A stretch of DNA of 64,000 nucleotides from Eledone cirrhosa (GCA_964016885.1 OZ024751.1:1240001-1304000), one strand, 5' to 3'. Positions 11,237 to 24,662 are shown, counted from the stretch's first letter. Notes: generated by a model not told the origin, from the sequence alone. Translations and numbers: made by a program.

Positions 11237-11750
11237 CCTGTTAAGAATCATCCTGCTGAGGGTCTTTGCCACAAGTGACGTCAGTGAGATCCCCCTGTAG
11301 TTTGTTGGTGTTAGAGAGATCTCCCTTCTTTGGCACTGGGATGATGTTACTGATCCTCCACTGATTCGGAGCAACTCCTTTCTCCAGTGCCTGGTTACAG
11401 AACTCCAGGATGGTATCATCAAAATCACACCTCTTCATCACCTTTGATGCCACTCCATCTTCTCCAAGAGCCTTGCCCTCCTTGATCTTCTTCTTGGCTC
11501 TCTGAAGATCTTCAGAGAGGGAAGATCAACCACCAGTCAAATCCTGATGCTGAGCGGATATTAGAGGGAACTAGAGCAAAGTGCCTTCCTGCAGTCATGG
11601 TTTTTATTGACTTTAGGAAGGTCTTTGATACTGTTGACCGTCACTGCCTGATGAAGATCTTACAGGCTTATGGAATGTCCAAGAAGATAGTGGACCTGAT
11701 ATCACTTCTCTACACCAACAAAGCCAAAGCCCAAGTCATTACACCTGATG
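11237..11750. mobile_element. LINE RT fragment (RTE-like, second family) with 5' inversion
   Basis: Minus 11237-11510 encodes IIPVPKKGDLS..YRGISLTSLVAKTLSRMILNRI. Plus 11511-11750 encodes FREGRSTT..FIDFRKVFDTVD..LQAYG. Confidence 0.8.
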
Positions 11751-12154
11751 TGTAAGTTGTACAGTTAACTTCTCTTCATGATATGAAACTCTTAAATCAG
11801 TATTTAAATTTTACCATTTTTGGGACCCATTAATTTTGATAACAATAACTGATTGATGACATGCGACACGATTATAATAAGCAGCTTTCACTGTATTTAT
11901 ACTTCTGCATTCCGTCTTATTGTTTTACCCGTTCTAGCCCACAAGCTGTGGGGATGTTGGGATTCTGCCATCTATCCTAATTCTACCATTAAAACTATTT
12001 TTATTCTGTTATTGTAGATATACAAGGCCCTAGAACAAGATACAACAGCGCGAAAACTTTGCCTTCACGAGAAATTCTCTAATATCTTCCACTGACCAGT
12101 ACCGAGCTGTACACCTTCCTGTATACTGTAAAATATGGCCTTATTATTATTATC

Positions 12155-12390
12155 ATTTCATTTATCTTGCTTTATGTTCATACGAGTTATCACCAAGTCA
12201 CAACCAGTGACCCCAAGGGACAACAAGATCCACCATGTTAAAAAAACACACACACACACATTCACATGTATCTTTAGGTGTTTACAGTTGTGATATACTT
12301 ATATTGACAGAGCTTTCCTTAGTATATGGGCAGTTCCCATTAGTACTATCTTTTGTATATCTTCTATACACGGATTTAAGATAAGAAATC
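12155..12390 (-). mobile_element. 3' end of Dong/R4-like non-LTR element between TAA repeats
   Basis: Encodes IQKIVLMGTAHILRKALSI*, a C-terminus I recognise from R4/Dong-type elements, followed by a 3' UTR and (TAA)n. Confidence 0.7.
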
Positions 12391-12428
<38 letters not shown>

Positions 12429-12431
<3 letters not shown>

Positions 12432-12740
12432 TGATCCAACTTTAGGCACAAGGCCAGCAATTACCCAGTGCATTACTGGTACTTTATTTTATCGACCCCG
12501 TAAGGATGAAATGCAAAGTCAATCTCGGCGGGATTTGAACTCAGATCGTAAATGGACGTAACTATGCTGGAAAGCATGGCGTCCGACCCTCTACCGATAC
12601 TGCCAATTCACCGCCTAATAATAATAATAATAATAATTGTTTCTACTTTAGGCACAAGGCCAGCAATCACCCAGTGCATTACTGGTACTTTATTTTATCG
12701 ACCCCGTAAGGATGAAAGGCAAAGTCAACCTCGGCGGGAT
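12429..12740 (-). mobile_element. Two ATT-tailed tRNA-derived SINE copies (12429-12615 near full length; 12635-12740 5'-truncated)
   Basis: Head ggcggtgaattggcag, B-box gagttcaaatcc, body tgcctttcatccttacggggtcgataaaataaagtaccag, (ATT)n tail. Confidence 0.85.
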
Positions 12741-12764
12741 AATAATAATAATAATAATAATAAT

Positions 12765-13008
12765 ACCAAATGGGGTCTAATGATTACTTATCTTAAATCC
12801 CAAGAAACCCGCGTATAGAAGAAATACAAAAGATAGTACTAATGGGAACTGCCCATATACTAAGGAAAGCTCTGTCAATATAAGTATATCACAACTGTAA
12901 ACACCTAAAGATACATGTGAATGTGTGTGTGTGTGTGTTTTTTTGAACATGGTGGACCTTGTTGTCCCTTGAGGTCACTGGTTGTGACTTAGTGATAACT
13001 CGTATGAA
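12765..13008 (+). mobile_element. 3' end of Dong/R4-like element
   Basis: Encodes IEEIQKIVLMGTAHILRKALSI*; inverted homologue of 12155-12390. Confidence 0.7.
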
Positions 13009-13018
13009 CTTATTATTA

Positions 13019-13224
13019 GGGCGGTGAATTGGCAGTACCGCTGGAGGGTTGGACGCCATGCTTTCTAGCATAGTTACATCCCTTTACGGTCCGAGTTCAA
13101 ATCCCATCGAGGTTAACTTTGCCTTTCATCCTTACGCGGTCGATAAAATAAAATACCAGTAATACACTGGGTAATTGCTGGCCTTGTGCCATAAGTAGAA
13201 ACAATTATTATTATTATTATTATT
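13019..13224 (+). mobile_element. ATT-tailed SINE
   Basis: Same family as 12429-12615; ends tagaaacaatt(att)n. Confidence 0.85.
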
Positions 13225-15556
13225 GGCGACCTACGTAGGAAATCTTATTATCGTGAGCTCCACAAAGGTTTGTTATTTTCAGTTGTTTCAAATTGCCAGT
13301 TATGGAAAATATTTGTTGTTAAGTGTTTATAAGTTCACATATATTGCTTTCTGAAAAGGACACTCAATAAAATTGGGGCCTTGAGCCCAAAATTTAAACT
13401 TTTATAATTATCAAACAAAAACTTTCTTTGAAAATAAAACATGGACGGCTCTCAGCCACACAAAGCTGACAGCCTTCCTAACAGACTAACATCACCCACC
13501 ATCACCACCACCATTGTAAACATTACTATGGTTGCCAACACTAAAAATATAAGCAGTGGCAATAATTTAAATTTGTCACATGCAGACATTCATTTCCTGT
13601 CGTTACCAATAACTGCAAGTGTTAAATCCGCCACCCCCACCACCACAATGTCAAAAAGAACAACCAACACCACTGATACCACCACAGCGACAATAGAAAC
13701 AAAAATAAATTATTATCTCGTGACATCGAAATAGATTCACCCAGAATTGACTCTTCCACGCCGAACACCACTGACACCACCACCACCACCACCACCACCA
13801 CCACCACCACCACCACCACCACCACCACCACCACCACCACCACCACCACAACTGAAACTAAAAATAACAATAACAAAAATAACAATAACAACATCAACAC
13901 CAGCGCAAAACAAAATGTGTCGTTTGCCAAAGCAGCCAAGAAAAGCGAAACAATCGAGGTAAACCAGGATGAATTGAATGAAGCCAAGCGAATGGTAAAA
14001 AAAGATGAGTACAGGTTCAGCCTCACCTACACCCCCATCTAATAAAATGGAGCATCGGCGCCTATGCACCGTGTCATATCGGTCGATAAACGCAAAATCA
14101 CGCTGAGTGGAACGGGCATCCGAGTCCCAGATACAAAAAGCTTTGGGACATGTGTGGGCAAAAAAAACCCACATCAGACGTGGGCAGAAATATGGAACCG
14201 TGGACGTGTTCTTTGGAACCCCACATGAAGCCAGAGAGCACTCCATGGCCCCATTAAGAAGTGACGAGTTCACACTCATCCCAAGCTATTGTAGTCAGAG
14301 ACTCGTGAAGATCAAGGTGACCCACTTTCCGCCTGCCATCGAAATTCCCTGGCTAATGGCTGCCTTCCTCGCCGACATCGAGGCCAACATTAAAATAATT
14401 CAGGTAACAAAAGTAAAGCAGGAGAACTGGTCCGGATCTGGGATGGAGCTCCTGATCCAAGCGGACCAAAAAAAACATTGAGGAAATTCCAGAGGTAATA
14501 GACCTTAATGACGGCAGCCACCTCACCGTAATCGTTGAGGGTAGAAGGCTTAGGTGTGTCGTTTGTGGCGAAGGAACCCACCTAAAGGCTTTCTGCCCTC
14601 AGGCTAAAAAGTTGAGGCCTCCTTTCTTACCCACCACAGTGACTCAACCATCAACACCAGCAGCAGAAATTGCAGCAAAAACTGTATCAGCAACAACAGA
14701 AACAACGGTAGCAGCAACAACCCCAGCATCTGTAGCAGCAACAGTAGCAAAACCAACACCACCACTACCCACCGCGCCAGAGTTAGAACCAGCGCTTCCA
14801 CCATCCACCACGCCACAACCCAAACCAACGCCTGAGGAGGATTTTCCACGCCCCGACCTCTCGCAACTGGAGACAGATTGTGACGACGAGGAGGAGTGGG
14901 AAACTGTATCTGGAAAAAAGAAAAAAAAAGAACCCCAAAAAGAAAAAAGTCCCCTTCCTTCGCCCTCCAAAAACAAAATGCAGGGTGAAGCAAACAAACA
15001 AGCAAACAAAAAAGTTAAGACAGCTATGCAACCACCCACACCAGCATCACCATAAACACCAACGCCATCACCATCATTAACCCCAACACCACCATCACCA
15101 ACACCACAAAAGTCACCCAAAAGCGAAACAGAAACAAACCCACAACAAACGCAAACATAACAAAGCAACCAAAACGATACACAGCATTAAATTTGAACAA
15201 CAACCAATTATTACACTACATCCAACACAACACCAGCATCACAGAAAAAGATTATACAACACCCAAAAATTCACACCACTTCCACACATTCAAATCACTT
15301 GCATCTGACAGAAAAGGTACACGACATTAAAATTAAAATTCCCCAAGGATATCGGGGACTTCCGACAAACACTCTCCAGGAGGATTTATAAAGACATCCT
15401 TCCGGAGGAGGCCAGAAGCAGTGAGAAGGGCGGAAAAACCATCCTTCCTCCATGAGAAGTGAGGTAAGCGGTCTTTCCCATCTTTTCCGACTCCTTTTCA
15501 ACATGACTTCACTCAGAATAGGCAGCATAAATGCGCGTGGCCTTAATAAGAAACCA
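13225..15556 (+). mobile_element. Decayed Tx1-like LINE: ORF1 pseudogene plus first codons of ORF2, joined to the 3' terminus, in (ATT)n
   Basis: VIVEGRRLRCVVCGEGTHLKAFCP matches ITVEGRRPSCYLCGTRGHLRAVCP of the intact ORF1. DEEEWETVSGKKKKK is present. MTSLRIGSINARGL at 15503 is followed by aataagaaacc(att)n. Confidence 0.8.
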
Positions 15557-15562
15557 TTATTA

Positions 15563-15775
15563 TTGGCAGTATCGGTAGAGGGTCGGACATGTCCAGCATA
15601 GTTACGTCCCTTTACGATCTGAGTTCAAATCCCGCCGAGGTTAATTTTGCCTTTCATCCTTACGGGGTTGATAAAATAAAGTACCAGTAACGCACTGGGG
15701 TCGATTTAATTGACTTTCCCCTCCTCCCAAAATTGTTGGACTTGTGTCTAAATCAGAAACAATTATTATTATTAT
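15563..15775 (+). mobile_element. ATT-tailed SINE (long variant)
   Basis: Same body plus an extra segment gtcgatttaattgactttcccctcctcccaaa. Confidence 0.85.
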
Positions 15776-16183
15776 CATTCTAAATGTTAACATTGTTAAA
15801 AGATTGTTTTTTCCCATTTTCTCAATTTTTAATAAAATTAATAACCAAAATGTTCACTGATGTTTGTAATTTCTTAGATTGGCCGGTGAGGGGGAGGTAG
15901 AGGGAGTTCCAGAGGAGTGACATTCTAGGGAAGAAGGATGTACTTGTTTGTGTGAGTGTGTTTGTACAGGTGTTTATGTGTGTGAGAGTGTTTATGTGTG
16001 TTTATGTATGTATGTGTGTGTGTGTGTGTATGCTTGTTTGTTTATTTGTATATGTGTGTATGTACTAGTGAGAATATGTGTCTTGGGTAGTGGGAGTAGG
16101 ATAAATCAAATAGAGTAGGTTACGGCTGAATGCAGATGGCAGGAGATGAGCAAGAGACGAAGAGCAGAGGCTGGGGTAGTAGC

Positions 16184-16231
<48 letters not shown>

Positions 16232-16269
16232 ACGTCAGCGGGCCAGAGGATGGCGTGTGATGGTCAGCA

Positions 16270-19200
16270 ACACTTCCACACTCCTACCGCACTTCCACAC
16301 ACCCCACCTACCACACTTCCACACACTTACCACACTTCCACACACCTACCTACCACGCTTCCACATTCCTACCACACTTCCACACACCCTACCTACAACA
16401 CTTCCACACAGCTACCACACTTCCACACAGCTATCACACTTCCACACACCTACCACACACCTACCACACTTCCATACACATACCACATTTCCACACACCT
16501 ACCACACACATACCACGCTTCCACACACCCCACCTACCAGACACCCACCTACGACACTTCCACACATCTAGCATACTTCCACACACTCCCCCAACTACCA
16601 GACTTCCACACACTTACCACACTTCCACACACGTACAACATTTCCACCCACCTACGACACTTCCACACACCTACCACACTTCAACACACCTACGACACTT
16701 CCACACTCCTACCACAGTTCCACACAGCTAACACACTGTTGCACACCCACCTACAATACTTCCACATACCCCAGCTACCACACTTCCACACTCCTACCAC
16801 ACTTCCACACACCTACCACACTTCCACACACCCTACCTACCACACTTCCACACACATACCACCCTTCCCCACTCCTACCACACTTCCACACACCTACCTA
16901 CCACACTTCCACATTCCTACCGCACTTCCACACATCCTACCTACAACACTGCCACACATATACCACACTTCCACACACCTACCACACTTCCACACACCTA
17001 CCACACTTCCACAAACCTACCACATTTCCACACATATACCAAATTTCCACACACCTACCACACACCTGCCACACACCTACCACACATCCAAACACCCACC
17101 TTCCACACTTCCACACACCTACCACACTTCAACACACCTATCACGCTCCGCCCCACCTACCACACTTCCACCCCCTACCAGACTTCCACACCGCTATCAC
17201 ACTTCCACACACTTACCACAGTACGACCCACCCACCTACCACACTTCCACACACCTACCAGACTTCCACATACCCCAGCTACCACACTTCCACACTCCTA
17301 CCACACTTCAACACACCTACCACACTTCCACACACCCTACCTACCACACTTCCACACACACACCACCCTTCCCCACTCCTACCACACTTCCACACACCTA
17401 CCTACCACACTTCCACATTCCTACCGCACTTCCACATACCCTACCTACAACACTGCCACACATATACCACACTTCCACACACCTACCACACTTCCACACA
17501 CCTACCACACACCTACCACACTTCCACACATATACCACATTTCCACACACCTACCACACACCTACCACACACCTACCACACATCCAAACACCCACCTTCC
17601 ACACTTCCACACACCTACCACACTTCAACACACCTATCACGCTCCGCCCCACCTACCACACTTCCACCCCCTACCAGACTTCCACACCGATATCACACTT
17701 CCACACACCTACCACAGTACGACCCACCCACCTACCACACTTCCACACTTCCACACACCCCACCTACCACACTTTCACACTCCTACCACAGTTCCACACA
17801 CCCACCTACCACACTCCCTAACACCTACCAAACTTCCACACTTCCACACACATACCACACCCCATACACCTACCACCCTTCCACACTCCTACCACACTTC
17901 CACATACCTACCTACCACACTTCCACACACCTAACACACACCTACCACAATTCCACACACCCCACCTACAAAACTTCCACACTCCTACCACAGTTCCATA
18001 CACCCGCCTACCACACTTCCTCACACCTACCATACTTCCACACTCCTACTACACTTCCTCACACCTACCTACCACACCCCACACACCTACCGCACTTCCA
18101 CACTCCTACCACACTTCCACATACCTACCTACCACACTTCCACACTTCCACACTCCTACCACATTCCACACAACGACTACAGTTCCACACAGCTAACACA
18201 CTTTCGCACACCCACCTACATCACTTCCACATACCCCACCTATCACACTTCCACACCCCTACCACACTTCCACACATCTACCACACTTCCACACACCCTA
18301 CCTACCACACTTCTACACACCTACCACACTTCCCTACTCCTACCACACGTCCACACACCTACCTACCACATTTCCACATTCCTACAACACTTCCACACAT
18401 ATACCACACTTCCACACACTCACCTACGACACTTCCACACATCTACCATACTTCCACACATCCCAACTACCAGACTTCCAACACTTACCACACTTCCACA
18501 CACCTACAACATTTCCACCCACCAACCATACTTCCACACACATACCACACTTCCACACGCCTACCACACTTCAACACATCTACCACAGTTCCACACACCT
18601 ACTACAGTTCCACACTCCTACCACACTTCCACACAATACCTACCACACTTCCACACACCTACCACACATCCACACACCTACCACAATTCCACACACATAT
18701 CACATTCCCACACACCTACCACACATCTACCACACTTCCACACAGCCCACCTACCACACACCCACCTACGACACTTCCACACATCTATCATACTTCCACA
18801 CATCCCAACTACCAGACTTCCAACACTTACCACACTTCCATACACCTACAACATTTCCACCCACCAACCATACTTCCACACACATACCACACTTCCACAC
18901 GCCTACCACACTTCAACACATCTACCACAGTTCCACACACCTACTACAGTTCCACACTCCTACCACACTTCCACACAATACCTACCACACTTCCACACAC
19001 CTACCACACATCCGCACACCTACCACAATTCCACACGCCTACCCAATTTCTACACACGCCACCTACCACACTTCCACATACCCCACCTACCACACTTCCA
19101 CACTCCTACCACACTTCCACACACACCTACCACACTTCCACACACCATACCTACCCCACTTCCACACACCCTACCTAGCACACTTTCACACACTTACCAC

Positions 19201-21830
19201 ACTTCCACACACCTACCACACTTCCAAACACCTACCACACTCCAACACACCTACCGCGCTTCCACCCATCCACCTACAACACTTCCACACACCTACCACA
19301 GACCCACACATCCACATACCATACTTCCCCACACCTACCACACTTCCACACACATACCACACTTCCACACACCTACCACACTTCTACACACCCCACCTAC
19401 CACACTTCCACACATCTACCACACTTTCACACACTCACCTACAAAACTTCCACACACCCATCTACCACACTTCCACACACCCACCTACCAGACTTGCACC
19501 CACTTACCACACTTCCACACTCCTACCAAACTTCCATGCACCCCGTCTACCAAACTTCCACGCACCCCACCTACCTCACTTCCACACACCCCACCTACCA
19601 CACTTCCACACACCTACCACACTTCTACCCCCCTCTACCCCACCTACCCCACCTCCACCTACCACACTTACACACACCCCGCCTACCACACTTACACACA
19701 CCCTACCTAGCACACTTTCACACACTTACCACACTTCCGCACACCTACCACACTTCCACACACCTACCACACTTCCAAACACCTACCACACTCCAACACA
19801 CCTACCACGCTTCCACCCATCCACCTACAACACTTCCACACACCTACCACAGACCCACACATCCACATACCATACTTCCCCACACCTACCACACTTCCAC
19901 ACACATACCACACTTCCACACACCTACCACACTTCTACACACCCCACCTACCACACTTCCACACATCTACCACACTTTCACACACTCACCTACAACACTT
20001 CCACACACCCATCTACCACACTTCCACACACCCACCTACCAGACTTGCACCACTTACCACACTTCCACACTCCTACCAAACTTCCATGCACCCCGGCTAC
20101 CAAACTTCCACGCACCCCACCTACCTCACTTCCACACACCCCACCTACCACACTTCCACACACCTATCACACTTCCACACACCTACCAAACTTTCACACA
20201 GCTACCACATTCCCACACACCCATCTACCACACTTCCACACACCTACCACACTTCCACACTCCTACTATACTTGCACACACTTACCACAGTCCCACACAC
20301 CCACCAACCACACTTGAACCCACTTACCACACTTCCGCACTCCTACCAAACTTCCACGCATCCCACCTACCACACTTCCACACACCCACCTACCACACTT
20401 CCACACACCCACCTACCACACTTCCACACACCTACCACACTTCTACCCCCCTCTACCCCACCTACCCCACCTCCACCTACCACACTTACACACACCCCGC
20501 CTACCACACTTCCACCCACCTACCACACTTCCACACACCTGCCGCACTTCCTCACACTTACCATAACCCCCCTCCCCCCACCCCAACACTTCCATCCACC
20601 CCCACCCACCACACTCCACACACCTACCAAACTTCTACACACCTACCACACTTCTACGCACCTACCACACTTCCACACTCCTACCACACTTCTACACACC
20701 CCACCTACCACGCTTCCATACACCCCACCTACCTCACTTCCACACATCCCACCTATCACACTTCCGCACACCTACCATACTTCCACACACCACCTACAAA
20801 CCTTCTACACACCTACCACACTTCCACATTCCTACCGCACTTCCACACACCTACCACACTTCCACACACCTACCACACTTCCACACATCTACCTCACTTC
20901 TACACACCTACCTCACTTCTACACACCTACCACACTTCTACACACCTACCACACTTCCACACACTTACCACACTTCCACACACCTATCACACTTCCACAC
21001 ACCTACCACACTTCCACACACCTACCACACTTCTACACACCCCACCAACCACGCTTCCACACACCCTACCTACCTCACTTCTACACACCCCACCTACCAC
21101 ACTTTCACACACCTAGCACACTTCCACACCCCACCTACCAAACTTCCACACACACACCTACCACACTTCCACACTCCTACCACACTTCCACACACCTACC
21201 ACACTTCCACACACATACCACTCTTCCACACACCTACCACGCTTCCACACGCCTACCACACTTCCACACACCTACCTCACTTCTACACACCTACCACACT
21301 TCCACACACCTACCACACTTCCACACACATACCACACTTCCACACTCCTACCACACTTCCACACACCTACCACACTTCCACACACATACCACTCTTCCAC
21401 ACACCTACCACGCTTCCACACGCCTACCACACTTCCACACACCTACCACACTTCCATACACCTATCACACTTCCACACTTCCACACACCTACCACACTTC
21501 CACACACCTACCACACTTCTACACACCCCACCAACCGCGCTTCCACACACCTCACCTCTCTCACTTCGACACACCCCACCTAGCAAACTTCCACACACCT
21601 ACCAAACTTCCACACTCCTACCACACTTCCTCACACCTACCACACTTCCACACACCTACCACGCTTCCACACACCTACCACACTTCCACACACCTACCTC
21701 ACTTCTACACACCTACCACACTTCTACACACCTACCACACTTCCACACACCTACCACGCTTCCACACATCTACCACACTTCCACACACCTACCTCACTTC
21801 TACACACCCCGCCTACCACACATCTGCCAT
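16270..21830. repeat. About 5.6-kb degenerate minisatellite, core about 19 bp cctaccacacttccacaca
   Basis: Direct reading. Almost no G on the plus strand, with internal higher-order duplications. Confidence 0.95.
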
Positions 21831-22173
21831 ACCTCGATATGTCTCCCACAAATTTCCCACACCTCAACACGTCTCCCACTCTACCCACACCTCCCACACA
21901 TCTCCCACACCTCTCCCACACCACACATATCTCTCACCCCCCACACACACCTTCCATATTTCCCCACACCTCCCATACGTCTCCCACACGTCTCCCATAC
22001 GTTTTTCTGACTCCTTTATGTATCTGACTTCGAAAATAATCTCCAAACCAACATTTAACAAACCCCGAACATTAATTCTATTTCCAAGAATTTTCTTTAG
22101 ATCATTAGAAAATTACCGGTTAAAATTACTGGTTAAAAAAACAGCAATTATTGTTACCTCTTTCATGTAGGAG

Positions 22174-23257
22174 AACGTAATTCTTTAAAATAACAACTTG
22201 TCATTCTCCACCTATTGGTGGTGAAGGTAGGAAGTTTGATAACAACCTATAATTGCTTAAACTTCAACTGTTTGTTGATGCAAACTATTTAACAAAATAT
22301 TAAATCGATTGCATATTTTTTAATAAAAAGGCACACCACACCGCCTATAGAGATTCTTCGATTCCATTGTAAAACTGTTGCTGTAATACCACAATCCTTG
22401 AATTGCAACAACAAAAAGAAAAAAAATTATTTCGTAGTTAAAAGAAAAAGAAGAAAAAAACCAACAAGAATTATCAGAAGAGACAAAATTGTGATGTATA
22501 TTTCATTTTATTTTATTATAGTTTAGTTTTATTTCATGTTTTGTTTTTTGTTTTCTACATATTGAATTTCAAAATCATTACCAACTTAAAGAAGAAAGAA
22601 AAAAAAGAAAATCTCGTGAGTAAAACTGTACAAATGATTGGTTGACCTAAGATCGATATTTTAAACAGTTACTTCATAGATTGACCTGGTAAACATTATA
22701 GCGAATATTTAAAAACTAATTTAATTCGTGTGGCCGACTATGTAATATAACAGTTAACGCTTGAAACGTTCCCTGGTTTTACAACACAAAACTGCTTATT
22801 TTCAAATTATAATTTTTATGTAAGAAGTTTTGTTAAGCAATGTTCAAACACTGTTTAACACCAGTGAAGCTACAATAAATTATGGCTTGATGAAACTCTG
22901 GGTTTAGTACAGGTTTTAACTACAATAATCTGTGGCTTGATGAAACTCTGGGTTTAGTACAGGTTTTAACTACAATAATCTGTGGCTTGATGAAACTCTG
23001 GGTTTAGTACAGGTTTTAACTACAATAATCTGTGGTATTACAGCAACAGTTTTACAATGGAATCGAAGAATCTCTATAGGCGGTGTGGTGTGCCTTTTTA
23101 TTAAAAAATATGCAATCGATTTAATATTTTGTTAAATAGTTTGCATCAACAAACAGTTGAAGTTTAAGTAATTATAGGTTGTTATCAAACTTCCTACCTT
23201 CACCACCAATACGAGGAGAATGACAAAACATCGGTTGTTATTTTAAAGAATTACGTT
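22174..23257. mobile_element. Foldback/MITE-like element with ~220-bp inverted repeats
   Basis: 22174-22393 is the near-perfect reverse complement of 23031-23257. No coding capacity and no TSD seen. Confidence 0.6.
22870..23035. repeat. 50-bp tandem repeat, about 3.3 copies
   Basis: Unit ggcttgatgaaactctgggtttagtacaggttttaactacaataatctgt. Confidence 0.95.
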
Positions 23258-23939
23258 TGCATCGATTTTCCATTGCTGGTAGCAACTCCTGACAGAAGCG
23301 GCAACATGAAATATAGTATTTTGGTCAAGAATCCCGATGTAATAATCACCCGATGTAATAATCAAACCCATATAACAAATCAAATTTCTTTAATACCCTT
23401 GGAAAGAGAGATCGCCATTACGGGCATTCAGGTTACAAGGACTAACAGACTGTTGAGAGTTAGAGGTGTGTTTTCACTGATTATTTAAGATGGCACTGAC
23501 TGACTGAGGTCTGCTGAGAGCCAGAGGTGTGTTTTCTTTGCTCAGCTAAAGTGACACTGACTAACAGACTGCTGAGGCCCATTGGTCTGTTTCACTGCTA
23601 AACTAAGGTGACACTGATTGACTGTTGACTTCTGAGAGTCAGAGGTGTGTTTTCCCTGCTCAGCTAAGGTGACTAATAGACTGCTGAGGTTCAGAAGTGC
23701 CTGCCATTTTCCTTTTAACCTTTGTGCTGAGGCAATAACTTCAATCTTTTTGCGACATTTTCCAGCTGTTTTGTTTTTTTCATTCAGCCCAGTGGCACAC
23801 TGGACATTGTCCAAATACTCAAATGGCCAGTCCGCTTCTGATTCCCACTGAAAAAAAATCCCAAGCCATCACTCGCAATCAAGAATGACTTAGCCATATT
23901 TTTAGGTGCCCATGTAGTTACGAGCAGACACTGACACTC

Positions 23940-24066
23940 TTGACCTTCTCACATTTGACCTTCTCACATTTGACCTTCTCACATTTGACCTTCTCACCGT
24001 TGACCTTCTCACCGCTGACCTTCTCACCTTTAACCTACTTACTTTTGACCTTCTCATCTTTGACCC
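23940..24066. repeat. 15-bp tandem repeat (ttgaccttctcacat), about 8 copies
   Basis: Direct reading. Confidence 0.9.
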
Positions 24067-24401
24067 AATGAAAACACCATGACGTGGCAACTAAACAGAG
24101 AGAACTACAACAGCATTGGGATGGTATTTCTTTATTGACTAATCCCTGTAAAAAAGGGTGAAAGACAAAGTAGACCTCAATGGGATTCGAGCTCAGAGCA
24201 GAGAGACTCAGAAAAAATATCGCAACACATTCTATCGGACGCTCTAACGACTCTGCGATATAGACCCACCGGTGATGATGATGATGGTCGTGAGGATATT
24301 GATGATGATAACGAAGGTAATGGTGATGATGGTTTAATGATAACATCATTATCATCATCACCATCATCATAATCATCATCATCATCACCATTATTATGCC
24401 A

Positions 24402-24525
24402 TTCTGAGTTCAAATCCAGCCGAGGTTAACTTTGCCTTTCATCCTTACAGGGTCGATAAAATAAAGTACCAGTAATACACTGGGTAATTGCTGGCCTTGT
24501 GCCAAAAGTAGAAACAATTATTATA
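24402..24525 (+). mobile_element. 5'-truncated ATT-tailed SINE
   Basis: tctgagttcaaatcc...tgcctttcatcc...gtagaaacaattatta. Confidence 0.85.
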
Positions 24526-24662
24526 ATTAGTTGTAGTTATAGTGAAGTGAGTGCTAAATTCTACCATTGAGATGAGAAAAAAAAAGAAAGGTAGAGAGAG
24601 AAATGGAGATGAAAGATAGGGAGAGAATGAGTGAGAGAGAGAGAAGAGAGAGAAGAGAGAGG

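Noticed and set aside
12520-12615. SINE heads as tRNA genes
   Set aside because: Only A/B-box-like remnants; no full cloverleaf, and they are attached to a SINE body.
16130-22170. 540-694 aa His/Thr/Pro ORFs as mucin-like genes
   Set aside because: They are open in several overlapping frames of a 19-bp-unit repeat, so the lack of stops is compositional.
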